A DNA stretch of 64,000 nucleotides from Phoronis australis (GCA_002633005.1 NMRA01000402.1:273540-337539), one strand, 5' to 3'. Shown: positions 1 through 13,443, numbered from the stretch's first letter. Translations and numbers: made by a program. Notes: generated by a model from the letters alone, not told the origin.

Positions 1-1095
1 AGATAACTAATTGACGGAATTCAATAAAACGTGACACAGGGGTACAGCACTAAGCCAGGACCAGTCAAATTTCGGGCGGATTTCGACCACTGCAACACTC
101 CGTAGTGGCCATTTTGTCTGGTTGACCAATTGTCTGCCCAATGTTTCAAAATCTTTTTTGTGGTGAAATTTGGTACACGTGTGTCAGACATTACTAGGGC
201 GATAACATTTAACCTGTAATTTCCCAGACGACAGTGTTTTTGGGAAAAGTGTTTCTCGATGATATCCATAGACATATGTGATGGCAACGCTCCCGCACAA
301 GTTAATGTTTGGTGGAATTTGACCTACTGCAGCGCACTTTTTAGTATTTTTGGATATCTAGAAATTAAAGCAGGTGTAATTTAACACACATAATGGGTGT
401 TACGGCAATGCGCTGGTAACGATATGTATTTTCGGGCAGATTTGACTACTGCAGCGTACCCTAGTGGATGTTCCATTTTGGAGATGATGCCAGATACACA
501 TCACACCGTGGGCGCGGATCAAAGCTCCGCGTTGCTCTTTTTGTTATGTGTTTTAAAGAAAATGGATCTACAAATGTTTTTCTGTAACAAATAGAACTTA
601 GTTTAAGAGGTTGAAATACTGTACTTTCAGTCAACTTATATACAGATTCCAAGTATTGCGAATCTCACACAACCCTCTATGAATCTGGTGCGTCTTTAAA
701 TTTTGACGTAGGTCAGATAAACTGTCAGTTTTGTGTCATTTCCTTGCGAGGGGCACCCACCATAAACTTGAGAACCTGTTTCTCAACTCCCTAAGGTAGA
801 CTACAAGCGCCCAGGTACCACACGCAATCAAAATGAATGCTCAATGCATAAACTTAGAGGCACGTAGGAAGGTATTGGGGTGGCGCAAACTAATTTGACT
901 TCGCCAAACTTGTGTCCCTCGTGGTCCCAAATTTCTTGCTCCCCAATATTGCCACCAATTCTGCCCTCTGGACGTCGCCACTATTGCACCCCGCCGTAGA
1001 AGCACAGACTTTGCCGTTTAGGATTAAACCCTGTTAAGACAGCACCAGGACCTTGGTTGCCCCCGTGCCAAAGAAATAACGGGAAAGTGTTACTG

Positions 1096-1520
1096 TTAAA
1101 GGAGAATGCCACCCGATTTAATTAGTCCTTTTTACCGTCTCAATCGGTCAATATCCACATCGCCTCTTAAACGGTCGACCTCAAATTGCTGAGAGGTGTC
1201 GCGTTAACCTTTGAGGAAGGTGAGAAGCGACGCAGCGACGTCAGTGGTTCGCCTGCAGAGTGAATGCCGGTCTATTGCGGTGCATCGGTTCCTGCTTGTC
1301 CGATCTATGAAGCTGCGAAGAAAGCGGGTATATCCGTTTTTTCGACTTCCTCGAGAGCCCGAAATGCCTAGGAAGTGACTCGCGATAGTGAAGAATGAAA
1401 GGTACGATGTTAATAGCAAGTATGAGGCCGTGAAACATCTCCGTGTGTGTGGCCGGCATTTCATCGACAGTGATTTCTCTGACAAATTCCGGCTTACCAA
1501 AGAACTATCCATACGTTCCT
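1096..1520 (+). mobile_element. THAP-domain pseudogene, DNA-transposon relic (possibly Kolobok-type)
   Basis: From ATG 1264: MPVYCGASVPAC..GIS, +1 frameshift near 1336-1342, then FRLPREPEMPRK*(TGA 1376, at the conserved Trp)LAIV..HLRVCGRHFIDSDF..RL. This is the C2CH THAP signature. Upstream TTAA-AGGAGAATGCC at 1096 resembles a Kolobok-type terminus. Confidence 0.7.
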
Positions 1521-2497
1521 TTGCCTATGCATGTTCACGGCGCCTCTCTAGTATTTCGTCGGATGAGCTCTTGACTATGTCGGGATTAGCGCCGGGCGAC
1601 TTGCCATGCAGACGTTTATTATTCTGCGTTCTGTTTCAAAATGAATTATTCTCATCCTAACCAATGCTTATATGAAACTGAAACAAAGTCTGTCTTATTA
1701 GATACAATTTGATCGGACTGATAAGTGTCAACCGCTGTTAAGTTTTAGGTACTATATGTTTTGCCGTGATAGTAGTACGCTGTAGCGTTACTGAGTACTA
1801 CTAACGCTAAGCTTTTCTCTAATCGCTATCCTTTTTGCCATTAAAAATGCATGTCAAAAAATCGGTATTTTGTAGAAAAATTGATTACGGGGGCATTTCG
1901 GCAAAACTGGTGGCGACTGACGGTAAAAATGGGGCGTAAAAAGGTGGCGGGGGTAACGCGTCGCCTGCACGACAGTAAATCTAGTAGGTGGGTGCAATAC
2001 GCTTTTTTCGAAAAACCGTTACGGCAAAAGTATACGGGAGGGTTGAAATGTGCGCGGATCACTCGTTTCCAAGTCAACCGGTCATGATTGTTACGCAAAT
2101 CAACCCCAGCAGGCTTTCCGCTGACTAATATCTGGACTTTGTACAATCACAGATCATACAACAGATTCACAAGTCCGAAATTGCCACTTTCCGATGACTG
2201 GGAAGACAACTTATTGGCACTTAGTAAAAGCGTGACTCACACCAGGCGCCGCTAGTGAAGAGCAACTTCTCCGGCGGACATATTGTGTTGCTCGTCCGTT
2301 GTGCATACGACCACAGATTTTGTCCATTGAGGATAAACAGAGTTGGCGGTCCATGTACTATAATCTGTGGTGCTATCGATAAATTGACTCGATTACAAGT
2401 GAAAATCGAATGAGAAACCTAAGAGTTGTTCATACGTTTTTGTGTAAATGTATTCTTCATAAATAATGAACACCTGAAAAACGTTGACAAATCTTTT

Positions 2498-2827
2498 TTA
2501 CGTGGAAGTGATCGGCTTTTTCCTGCATAGGTTCTCGCAACTTCTTGGCAACGTTAAAAAACTTTCCTTTGCCTTGAGTGTTTTTGTTTTACCATATTTC
2601 CCGTAAAGCTCGCGCGCGTTTTTTCTGATAATTTTGGCACATTCCGGGAACATCGATTTCACCTCGTCGAGCGACGCTCTGCTCAGCGCTAAAATGTCCA
2701 CGTGCGTCTCGCATCGAATTGAGGCACACGATGGCTTCCGGAAAACCAGATTTAACTGTCCCACGACGTCTCCCTCTTGGAGATCATGCGCGTCCGTATC
2801 TTCGCTCTTGTCTTCTACTACCGCGCA
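2498..2827 (-). CDS. Channel exon (CNBD C-half); 3' boundary uncertain
   Basis: CAVVED..LQEGDVVGQLNLVFRKPSCASIRCETHVDILALSRASLDEVKSMFPE; either reads to the stop at 2498 or splices at 2593. Confidence 0.8.
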   Translation of the reverse strand, partial: CAVVEDKSEDTDAHDLQEGDVVGQLNLVFRKPSCASIRCETHVDILALSRASLDEVKSMFPECAKIIRKNARELYGKYGKTKTLKAKESFLTLPRSCENLCRKKPITST

Positions 2828-5800
2828 CTGCAATACACAACGAGAAATTAAAATCAGTTGTTTCCCAGTTTAATTCTCGTCTGTTGCAGATCTAATGAGA
2901 GCAGTAGAGTGTTGCTTTTCTCGTGGATAGATAATAACACTTCCCAATGTGAAAATGCCTTTGCCATATAGTTAAATTTCAATGGAAATCGTCCCCGTGA
3001 AACTCTCATCGTGATTGCTCATCATGCCTATTTGCAATAGTATCAGTGCCTGGCAAGCCAAAAGTCGGCTGTGATGCCACCGTATGTTTACGAACCGACA
3101 ACCGTCCCACAGCGCAATTGAAAAACAACAGTGTCTCCACCACCTGTGGCTTCTACATGGCCGGACCCCTAATTCGTGCAACGTCATAATTAAGCAGTAG
3201 CTTATTTGTCAGCGTATCGGATAATGCGGCACTGACCTTTCCTCTGTGTATGTAGAAGATATCTGTTTCCACGTCACCTTTGCGAACCACGTAATCTCCC
3301 TCAATTAGAATCACATGTCTGACGTGTACAGACAGCTGGTACAGGAAAGCTTGTGACACCTTCTTAAGTACAGGTATCTAAAACATGAGGGCGATCGAGA
3401 CAAGGAAAAAAACAAGATTCAGTCTGTTTGAGGGATCAAGATTTTTACAAAGTGAATCTAAAATGGCAAACGCACCAAAACAATTATTTAAGTAGTTGGT
3501 AATCAAGATCTTTTTAAGGAATAAACATTCTAGAACAAAGACTTCATTCTCGAAGAGTCAATAGTCAGAATTTGGGCGTCTACGACCCTACGAAACGGTT
3601 TACTTAACCTGTACTTCCTCAGTATTTGGCTGCCAAAAACAATGCGTGAATTAAGCCGCCTTAGCTAAACATCGGTCACATAATATTCTTTACAATAGTA
3701 AAACTTGATTTCTGTTACTAAGAAGATAATCAAAACCACCAGCGACTCAAGAAAATTTTTCAAAGCAGTTTGATGTTGGTCAAAATTAAAATTGGGTAAT
3801 CGAAAATGGTGAAGGTATTGCCTGCAACAGTTCAGGACCAGATTAGAACAGTTTGTCAATGTTTAACATCTCAAAGAAGTTCGGTTTAGAATTTATCATT
3901 GACAATGAAACCAGGACGATTCCAGCTGTCTATTCTGAAATAACGGCCTGTCCGTCTCACTAAGTTCTCTCGCAGCGACCTCATGTGACTAGAAGAGCCC
4001 TGCAAATGTCAACATGACAGCCTGAACCGGGTGTCTAATCTTTTACTCGAAAAATAACTACATGTATTTTGACATTTTCTGCTCTACTTTTAGTACTATC
4101 AGGATAATGCGGTAGACCAGGAATAGCAAAAATCCGTTCAAGGAAGGCTATAATTTGTAGGTTATTAAAACGCAGATTATAAAGTCCGCTGTGATGTCAC
4201 CGTATCTTTACAAAACCACAAACGTCACAGAGTGCAATTGACAAACAACAGCAGCGCTGATTACACTATGAGGAACATTTGCAGCAGATGAAATCTTCGA
4301 GATAAAACCGTTAGGATAGTCACGATTTTGTAAGATGTTGTTGTAGGTAAGAAATCGAAATTGCACCGAACCTTTCTGAAAAAGTCTTCCGCCATGCAGT
4401 AGAAGAATTCCGACTGCAGCGTGAAAGGGGCGTCATCCAACAATTTCTTAATGTCGTAGCCACAATTTCTCCTCCACATGTGCCGGAAGTAGGCGATCAC
4501 GTGCCGTTGCATCTTGGGAGGTACGTCTTGGTCATTCAAGTGCGTTCGTATGGCGTCAAACCGCTCAGTGTAGACCATACGTGTCATTTCGATGTTGGAG
4601 AGTGTAGCCGATATCGTTGCCAAAATAAATCCAAACATCAGTTTGCCAGTGAACATGACAAATGCCGCGTAGCCTAAACAAGCAAGGGAAAGAAAGAGCA
4701 AGGTAAAACTCAGTCACTCCGTTCATCTCCAAAAAGCTCCACAGACGGTTCGTGTACTGTTATTGATCCGTATGCAGGGTTCAGTTTCAATTTTCATTTT
4801 GAAATTGAATATCGACACTTGAAATATTCAATTAAGTTCGAAAATTCAAAGGTCAATCTAGGATAGAAAAATGAAATTTGCAATATTTCGTGGTTCGGTT
4901 AAGTTGATTTATGAAAATTTAGTTAATTACCAAGGTTCGATTTCCAATCTAAACTGAAACAAAGGACCACGAGAGATTCAGGTTCGTTTATTATTATTTC
5001 CTTCCAGAGTGTATTGAATTTTTCATCTGGAAAATGTTAGTCCATGGTAATTTTACTTGAATCCTGGAACTTCGAACATCGAACATTGTTCCAGGTTCCA
5101 AGTTCCAGTTCATCCAAGCTTCTAACCTGCGACACTGCAACACGGAACCTACAACATAAATAGCAATGTAACATAGGCGCTGGAGTCAATAACAATCTTG
5201 TGGCTAGTTAAGAGGGACATTTTTAATGTTGGCACCACACTGTTGCTGTATTTTGTTATCGAAACATCAAAATACTTGACTTTTTACAAAATAGTGTGAA
5301 TGGTTTTCAGTTTATCAAATTTCAGGTAAAAAATATCACTACGTTATGGATACTCGCGTTCACCTGTTCACAGCATTTTCACCCGGCGTATCCGTAACAG
5401 TGACAAGCAATTGCTTTGTTTTGTTTTCATTTTCATAGTTTAAAGGCAGTAGTTGTGGAAAAAATTGTTTAACTTTCAAAAATCTAAAACTAGACGGATC
5501 GCGAAAGGTAGAAACTTTTGCAGTTGGATTTGGGCGACTACAAAGAATTTGACATCACATTGTGCGAGGTGTCTCGAGAAAAAGTAAGAGTTTTGAGCGC
5601 GGGTAGGCAAAGTCTACGTGCACTGAAGGCTCGTAACTCTGGACTGACACTCGTGAAGGGCCAAGAGCCACGGCATAGCTGGTTAATTAAGCTGCTATGC
5701 GGCAACAGGGTCAGGAATGGACAAAAACAGGTAGCGTCGACATTTGACAGGCACAGAATGAGATCAATGGAACCTGCTTACAGGTTCGAAGAGCACGAAA

Positions 5801-8726
5801 CCACGGGAATAACGTGCAAAAACATGGTTCCTGTTGTAAATTCACTAGAATGTGGAGTAAAATAACAATACACGGAGAAATTAAATTGTAAAAAAGTAAG
5901 TTCTTTGCATTTTATTTTCGTCGGTGCGTGATCAGTACATTTTTGTGCTTGAAGTTGTCGGATGAGGGTATTGGGCCATTTTGTTAATTGAGATTTTAGT
6001 ATTCTCAAATGGTAGAGACCTTTTTCGATGCTGAGATATGCACGTATGTCCCCATAGCCAGTTGACGTCATTGTCGCTATCGTCCAGTAGACTGCAGTAC
6101 TGTAGCGGCTAAACGAATCCATCCTGTCAACACCTGAAAGAGTACTCGCGACAGTTACACGTGCTGCCAGCCATGTTTATGAATTTATATCCGTTTCAAG
6201 TGCTGCCTAAAACGCCAGTGTTTCCGCTTGTTCTTTCGCTAGCAACAAAACGCCGGAAATGTGAACGGTCGGAAGGGTCACTTTTGCTTACGCTTTGCTG
6301 GAGGTCTGGGTTACCCCGCAACTACTGGAGTTTTGCTAGCACTTTTGTAAGTAGACCGCCACTTCAAAGGACGCACGTGCGTGCGAGTAGGAACCTTTTG
6401 TTCTATCGTCACGTCAAGCATTTTTGCAAAGAGTGAACGCGTTTTGACACTGGAGTTCGCTTAAAAGCGACTTGGGTTACGAGGAAACAAACTACATGTA
6501 ACTGCTGGCGAAAATTACCTCTTCGTGGACAGTCGCTTTCTGTATGACTCAAGCGTTAGCGTTTTCGGTAGCATTTTAGCAGGGTAAATTGATAGCGCTT
6601 TTGCCACTCATGTGAACCTAGTATTAGTCGTCACCTATTACGCAGAGTGAACAATACTACAGGAAATAAAACAGGACTACTAAAAGTACTATGCAAGTGC
6701 TGAAGCGGTAGTAATTCGTTAATTTTGTAAACTTGGTCATGAGATGCAAATGATGTTTTGAAACAGTCTACTTTCTTAAAAAAGAGAGATTCATAGAATC
6801 AAAACAATGCGTGGTACGCAAGATTTTACGCACCATAAGAGGTGCGAAAATTGGTGTGGGAATTAGAACTGAACTAAACATCGCTTTCAGGCTTTGCTAA
6901 TCTGAAAACGACACTGAGCAATGCGTTTAAGTATACGTGTACGTCACGAAAGCTTAGAGTGTCAAGAGATCGTCCATTCCTTGAAAACAGTACAGAAGTT
7001 ACAATATGACTATTACATTGTAGGAATTAAAAGAAACATTGTGTCCCCGCAATTACATAAAATGAAGTGTTGCCATTAGTGTTCTACAAGCGTGCCAGTG
7101 TGACCTCACCTCTCTTCACCGCCCATGAGCCGTAGTGGCACGTGTTGTGGGGACAGGCGAGCGCACACCATGCGCAAGCCAAGCTGTGCACGGTCGTCAG
7201 AAGTATGATGGCATATTTGCACAGGCGTACCAGCAGAACACTGTAACATTAACACTCGATCAGAGATTAATATGCAATAGTGAGAATCTAAAAGAACCAT
7301 AAAAACATCACATCAGCTTTCATAGAGTGGAAGACGCCACCAAAAACAAGATGGCACTTTTGGCATTCTTGTTTCTCGTAAAACGTAGCAAGATGTCAAT
7401 TACACGAGTCATTCTAATTGTTTTTGATCCGTGCAGTAATAATTGTGATGGAGTCCATTCATATACAACTATCAAGCAGTGCGACTGGTTTGAGCTCCGG
7501 ACTCCCGTTTGCGAGACCCGGGTTCGAATCCTGACCTTACCGGCAGGCAATCCACCATTGCTCAAAGGTGACTTCGTTCTCCTCCGCTGTGCAAAAAAAT
7601 GAAATAAACTAGTATCCAACCATATCTCTACGTGCACGTGCTGTAGGTGTATGCTGCACTTGACCATGTTTTCGACGCTCTTTCCCTTTCTGAGTGCACT
7701 TGCACTGGTGGAAGTATGACGTCGCAAGGAGGCAGGGGATTACTATCGAAGCATAAGTCAGCCAAAGCCGTAGAAACACCATGCAGATGGAGGTTTTCGT
7801 TTGGGGGCGTCAAGAAGAGGGCACTGAATCAGAGTGTCATCTTCACTGTAAATTTGCACGCGCTTTATACCTTGCTCAAGGTTTGTCAATCTTGAATTCC
7901 GATTTGCTAGCGGAGGAAGTCCCGTATCGCAACTGGAACACCTTCTGTTCAAACTTTTCTAATACACAAACTACTCACTATATCGTTATTCTCACCTAAC
8001 ATTTGTAAAAGAGGTTCAGCTTGAAAAGACTGGAACTTGAATAAGCCGGCCTATTGTAAGCCAGTAGAGCAGGTACTCACTTAATGTTCAGTTCGCTTTC
8101 CCATTCTTTCATATACTCTATGCAGCGCACAACTCGCAGCACGCGGTTCAATCGAAGATAGGTGAATGCATCCGCCGCTGTTAGCTTATCGGAGATGAAC
8201 ACAGATATGAATTCTAACGGAAATTCCTTCACCAAGTCCACCATCAGTCCAGTGCGTGAGTACAAATATCGCCGATAGACGGCGGTGAAGTCTCTGCAAG
8301 ACATGCCTGAGCTGTCCTGGAAACTCACGTGAAATCGTATGTATATCTACAAACAACATGTTTTAATGTTACAAACAAAACAGGACTCAAATCTTTTGCT
8401 TTCGTGGACAGGGCTCCATGTAGAACTACTTTAACACGTACGGGTACTTGTACTGACAAATGTCCACAATTTGAATTTGACAACCGAAACATAAAACAAC
8501 AGATGCTTGATTTTATTTCTTTCACTTCTCTTAATTCAAACTTTTGATAACTACACCAGGCAGCCTGTTCTTTCAGGAAACTACAATAATTAAACAGCAA
8601 ATCTCTACTGCAGCGGCCAATTCTCAGCCGGTCAATAATTTTCCTTACCTCGAAACCAAAGAATACACAGGTGATGTAAAACAACACCAGGTGTAAAGGA
8701 TCTTCGTTGCCTGCAGCAAATGTACT
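2498..8726 (-). CDS. Cyclic-nucleotide-binding-domain K+ channel (CNGK/HCN/EAG superfamily), partial spliced gene
   Basis: Phase-consistent exons 8726-8649, 8346-8081, 7240-7110, 6133-6020, 4673-4372, 3377-3237, 2827-(2593 donor or 2498 stop). They encode S2-S3, S4 YLRLNRVLRVVR, S5, pore YWTIATMTSTGYGDI, S6, C-linker and CNBD. Confidence 0.9.
3237..3377 (-). CDS. Channel exon (CNBD N-half)
   Basis: IPVLKKVSQAFLYQLS..EGDYVVRKGDVETDIFYIHRGK. Confidence 0.9.
4372..4673 (-). CDS. Channel exon (S6 and C-linker)
   Basis: YAAFVMFTGKLMFGFILATISATLSN..YTERFDAI..VPPKMQRHVIAYFRHMW. Confidence 0.9.
6020..6133 (-). CDS. Channel exon (pore helix and selectivity filter)
   Basis: RYSTAVYWTIATMTSTGYGDIRAYLSIEK. 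Confidence 0.9.
7110..7240 (-). CDS. Channel exon (S5)
   Basis: VLLVRLCKYAIILLTTVHSLACAWCALACPHNTCHYGSWA; phases match neighbours. Confidence 0.85.
7470..7545 (+). mobile_element. tRNA-like SINE head fragment
   Basis: B-box GGGTTCGAATCC (~7520) preceded by tRNA-like GGTTTGAGCTCCGGACTCC; a similar head occurs at ~56718-56755. No acceptor stem. Confidence 0.4.
8081..8346 (-). CDS. Channel exon (S3-S4)
   Basis: IYIRFHVSFQDSSG..VYRRYL..VDLVKEFPLE..YLRLNRVLRVVR; GTGAGT donor. Confidence 0.88.
8649..8726 (-). CDS. Channel exon (S1-S2 loop and S2)
   Basis: AG/GT bounded, 78 nt, STFAAGNEDPLHLVLFYITCVFFGFE. Confidence 0.75.
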
Positions 8727-10371
8727 CTGAAAAAACACGATGTTTCTTTATGTATGACTTTGGGTAAGTACATATTATGTCCACCAAGATCGTGTTTCAG
8801 TTTACGTCAAGTGCGACACGAGAAGTCAAGGAATCATGCCGATTACAACTGGTGGGATTTCATCTGCAGCACTGCTCTATTTTTCAAATTCATTGTGGGA
8901 CGACTCGCGTCGTAAACATCGGGTAAAAACACAGGTAACTTTGAGACACGTGACCTCAATGGAGAGCCTTCCGCAGACTCAGTTAATTGCGCAAGACCTC
9001 GCGACTGAAAAGTGGGTGTAGGCTAGGGAGCTTACAAGCGTATCCTAGCAAAACGACAGTCAACGTAGAATTTGTTTGTTGAATTGTATAGGCCTCGGGT
9101 CGTACACTATGGGCCGTACAGATCACGGAAGGCACACTAATGTGGCCATTTTGGAGGGGCAATTTTCTTTGGTGTTTTCGATATCACGAAACCTTGCTCC
9201 ATGTCTCCAGGTTTGAAGTTGCACATTCCATAATATTGAGTTAATTCTGCAAACCCGACCCGTGATGAAAAACCTTTAAAGCAGGGGCGACACTGGAGTG
9301 ATACTAGAAGTATTTCCTTAGGTTGCATTAACTCGTAAAACAAGAGCATTTTTTATTTTTTCACATTAAAATGCACCTTAAAACAGACTGCACCTGGTGC
9401 TGAAATTCTGAAGTACCGTTCCAAGCTTTTCATTACTGTTACTGAAGATGTAAACAGAAATGCGCTGCCTAACTGATAATGTTGCCAGTTAGTTCTATAA
9501 CACATTTGCAAACCTTGTGAAGCACTTGTTTTCTCCCCCAAGAACCATTCAACTAAAAAAGATGGCAATAAAAATTCACCATGATATAGACTGAATCCAT
9601 TAATTCCCTCCAAAACCGAAGATGGTCGCCTGAGTACAAGACATTTAACTTCCGTTTAACTTTTTTGTTACTCTACGCGTCCCATCCCGACAGCATAGGC
9701 CATCTACGGTGAAAATAACACCTCGTTCCTAATCACAAAGTGAACCTTTTGTTAAGCTGCTGCACAAGTAAACCTAACCTCTTATCAAAAACTAAAACTT
9801 TTGATTTAAACTTCCCACGTACCATTACGCAAACGGGATCGTGATCCTAATACGAAAATCGACAGAAGGGTTTTCATACATGTACACGTTTTTATTCTCT
9901 ATTAGCCAAACGCTCCCAGTACTTTTTCAAGCCCAGTGGGTTAAACTGAAGCTGGAGTTTAGGGACAAACATCTGCAAAAGGGATACATTTTCTTGGAAC
10001 TTCCAACCAAAGGGTGCTTTTTGAGTTCCGTGCCTAAATGGGTGGGTATTCTCACAGTAAGAGAGGGCCCATTCGGAATACCTCAGAAATTTTCGGCAAA
10101 TGTAATAACTTCGAGAATGACGCATACGTGTTCACCTGTGATAGATACCCTAGTAATTAAATGTTTTCGTTGGCCGAGTGAACTTTTGTCATATTGCCAA
10201 TCATTCTTCCGCCTGAAAGTCACATGACTTTCCGTATGATTGTAAATCTGCACACGCCCTAGTTGCATGCACCTCAGCGGATAAATTCGAGGCTACAAAA
10301 ATTGTCAAGATGACTTAAACCACAACCTCACGATCCGTACGGTTGACCCACATCAATGCCACAGGATCCAA

Positions 10372-11137
10372 CGGATTGTTCTAAAACCCACGATCCCCTG
10401 GACCGCAACAACCCACGACACCCTCGACAAAGTCTACACAAGCTCGACTCGATCTGAACATAGAACAAGCGCTGGCTTGCAGGACGAACGAGTCGGGCAC
10501 TGAGCTCGGCTGGCTTTTCCTTGTTTTTTTTTTTTGCAATTAAGAGAGTCAACGCGACCAAATCAAATCCAAGACTTACCAACGTTACGAATGATAGAGT
10601 GTAATCGTATGGTCTGCTCCTCAGGGAAAGGCAGATTCAAGCTTTTTGGGAGAGTTCGAGGAACCGCCGAATATGTAAATTCTTCAGTAAATACAGTTTG
10701 ACAAAACAAATTGTTAACTAAAAACTATCCCAATCTTATATGGAGTATATTGTAAATGAGTATACAACAGAAATCAAATAATAAAAAACGTGAAATTATG
10801 TACATTCACGTTAACGTACTCTCCCTAAGTTTATATAGTAGAACAGGGCCATTGCTAACTGCTCGAGGAACTATTTCCGTGACAACGATAGCGCGCTCAC
10901 AATTCGCTATTTCAGACCACGTTCTTACGCCACTTTCTGTTTTTAACCACCAGACCTGAGCCAGAGCAGATTCGAGCGTAGGAAAGTCATTCAGCGGCGC
11001 AATATGACCATGAACTGTGTAAAAAGCGCAAACATACACCTAATCTCAAAAGTAGTGGGTCGAGGGGGTCGTGGGTGGGGGGTCGTGGATCTAGGGGGTC
11101 GTGGGGTGTGGGGTCAAGGGGATTTTAGAGCCATCCG
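10372..11137. mobile_element. MITE-like element with imperfect terminal inverted repeats
   Basis: CGGATTGTTCTAAAACCCACGATCCCC... at the left end; ...GGGGTCGTGG...TTTTAGAGCCATCCG at the right end, with CCACGA/TCGTGG subrepeats. Confidence 0.5.
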
Positions 11138-11399
11138 GATCAAACCTTGTGACAGAACTGAAAAGTGGGAAATAGTTTAAGGTGACCGAGGCTAGTTCAA
11201 AAATTGTGGCGACCAGATGAGGGTTGAAAGCTTTGGTGTCCTGGGGAGCGTACTAACAACTTTTGAAGAATATTTACGATGTAAAATTTACGAATAAATG
11301 TACCATATCAGTGATTATGGAAAAAAGTGAACAATCTAATAAAGATAAAGAGTAAGATGCATTGGTACGAAAATATTAAAACAGCATACCAAAGATTTT

Positions 11400-13130
11400 G
11401 AATTCAGCGGAAGCCCAATAAGCAATTGATCAAATCAGAGGTTGTGTAGACGAGGGCGACATTAACATGTATTTTAAGTTGTCATGTAATCTTGTTGAGC
11501 ACACGGGAGGACAACAAATAAAACAGTCTACTTTGAACAAAATGACCAATTTGAACACGGGTACTCCAGAGAAGTGTATTGATGTTGAACATTGCTAACA
11601 CCGACGTCATATTTTTGTGGAGGGCATTCTCAATAAACATAGGCCTATGACTGTTGATAGTATCAACAACTCGGTTTCACATGACAGAATTACACAAACG
11701 GAAGTAGTTAGTGCTGTTAAGTAAATACATCTTGGAGATAGTCACTGGCACGGACAGAACTGCCTTGGAATTTTATACATTTGTACTGGTGCATCTGTTT
11801 AACAGTATATTTTATACAGGAGCCTACCCCCACACCATGGGCACTGGGAGTTACGTTCCCTTGGTTTACGTCGAGGTATTGGCGGGATGATCTGATTAGT
11901 GATAGGGCGATATCCTTATTTCAGGTAGCTGGGAAATGTTGCCAAAAATTCTTTGCAATTGCTTTTACAGATGGTCAGGGTCAAATGACACTTTCCTCCG
12001 AAGCTGAGAGAGATTTCAGGAAAATATGCCACGTTTGATAATATCTTTATATCAAATACGTAAATCGATAAACATCCCCATAAAATCAAGGGTAGATTTT
12101 ATTATTTTTTCGTGGATTACAGGGAAGCATTTGATTGAACCTGGAGGACTGGCATGAAATGTAAGTTTTTCCAAATATGATCTAAATGGAAAGATGTATA
12201 AATAACATTAGACAATATGTATGAAAGTGTTTAATCAATCACGAGTCGTTAGATAAGTCAGAAACTGTTGCAGACTACATTTCGGGTAAGATAGGATTGT
12301 CAGTCCCCCATTTGATTTACATGATTAATCAAAGATCTAGAAACACTTATTGTAAAGGATCTAATTACTAGTGTCACTATGTTAAATTTGTATTTTTGTA
12401 GATTGCCGACGACTTGACATTATTTGGTGAAACAGCTAAATGATTTTAAAATATGTCAGGAAAATAGCACAAATGTCAAAATTATCGATTACTTTGACAA
12501 AAAAACAAAGATAACTATGTTCATATACGGAAGCTATCCCAGACAATATGTGGTTTATTGAGGGAAATCCTGTTGAAACCACGCCATATTATAAGCACCG
12601 TGGTATTGAATGTCCGCCTAAAGAAACATGGTTAGGTGCACAAAAAGGTTTGACAGAACAAGCGACGAAGCACCATTTCCTCTAGAAAAGCACGTGTCAA
12701 AATGTGTTGTAGCAGAAAAACGGGGTCAAAATATGGGTGACGATATCGAAGTTATACATAACAAATTTTGTACATTTGTTTTTCTTTTAAGAAGAAAGAT
12801 ACGCAGCATTCTGGCCAGAGGTGAATTGACATGAGGGCACACGTGTGTAGATTATTAAGAATTATAAAATATTGGATTACACTTTTGAAATGTTCAGGAA
12901 ATATGCAAGTTAAAGTGTTCTAGTCTTGTCAATACGAGACGACTGAATTAGGTAAAGACTGTTGGACACTTAATGTTGAAAACATTCTATTTTCGTAATT
13001 TTGGAATTGTTTTGTGCTCCCAAGTACTTGGAGATGATGCTGTATTTTAAACGCCGCCATGACATTAACATCAGATGTGGCAGGTAAGTGTATCATTACT
13101 AAATAAATTAAATGTGAATAGATTATTCAA
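11400..13130 (+). mobile_element. Decayed LINE (CR1/L2-like) reverse-transcriptase region
   Basis: RT motifs in correct order, broken by stops and frameshifts: ITQTEVVSAVK, GTDRTALEFY, RAISLFQVAGK, DNIFI, FVDYREAFD, ADDLTLF, VETTPYYKH, IEVIHNKFC, RGEL, IIKYW. Confidence 0.85.
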
Positions 13131-13329
13131 GCCGACTCTCACCTTAGAGCATAGGTTTCAAACCAAAAATGTGCTATTTACAAAAAAAACACTGGCGCAA
13201 TTTCGATGCGTTAATCACTTGAGGGTTGAAATGGGACGATACCTTAAAACTTAAAGGCCATGCCTTTGCTGTGAGATGAGAGTTGTTGACAGAGCGTGCA
13301 ATTTCTTGTTTAGAAAAATAATTACTGGC

Positions 13330-13402
13330 AGTGTGGTACACGTTGTACCAGATGTGCGCAGGCCACTCAGGTAGGCCCATTGCACGGATCGCTTGGAACC
13401 AC
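13330..13402 (-). mobile_element. SINE body fragment (same family as 22625-22882 and 53955-54138)
   Basis: Reverse complement TGGTTCCAAGCGATCCGTGCAATGGGCCTAC..GCACATCTGGTACAACGTGTACC aligns with the other two copies. Confidence 0.55.
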
Positions 13403-13440
13403 TTTTTGCTTTATTAATATATCAATATATATATGTAAAA

Positions 13441-13443
<3 letters not shown>

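Noticed and set aside
1204-1633. Minus-strand terminal channel exon with TAG readthrough
   Set aside because: No phase-compatible splice and no leaky stop context; the plus-strand THAP relic explains the coding-like composition.
8836-8934. GPR107 signal-peptide exon (MPITTGGISSAALLYF..RKHRVKTQ|GT)
   Set aside because: The phase fits, but there is no convincing hydrophobic core or R(I/V)H.L motif, and it would lie inside the channel gene's upstream intron.
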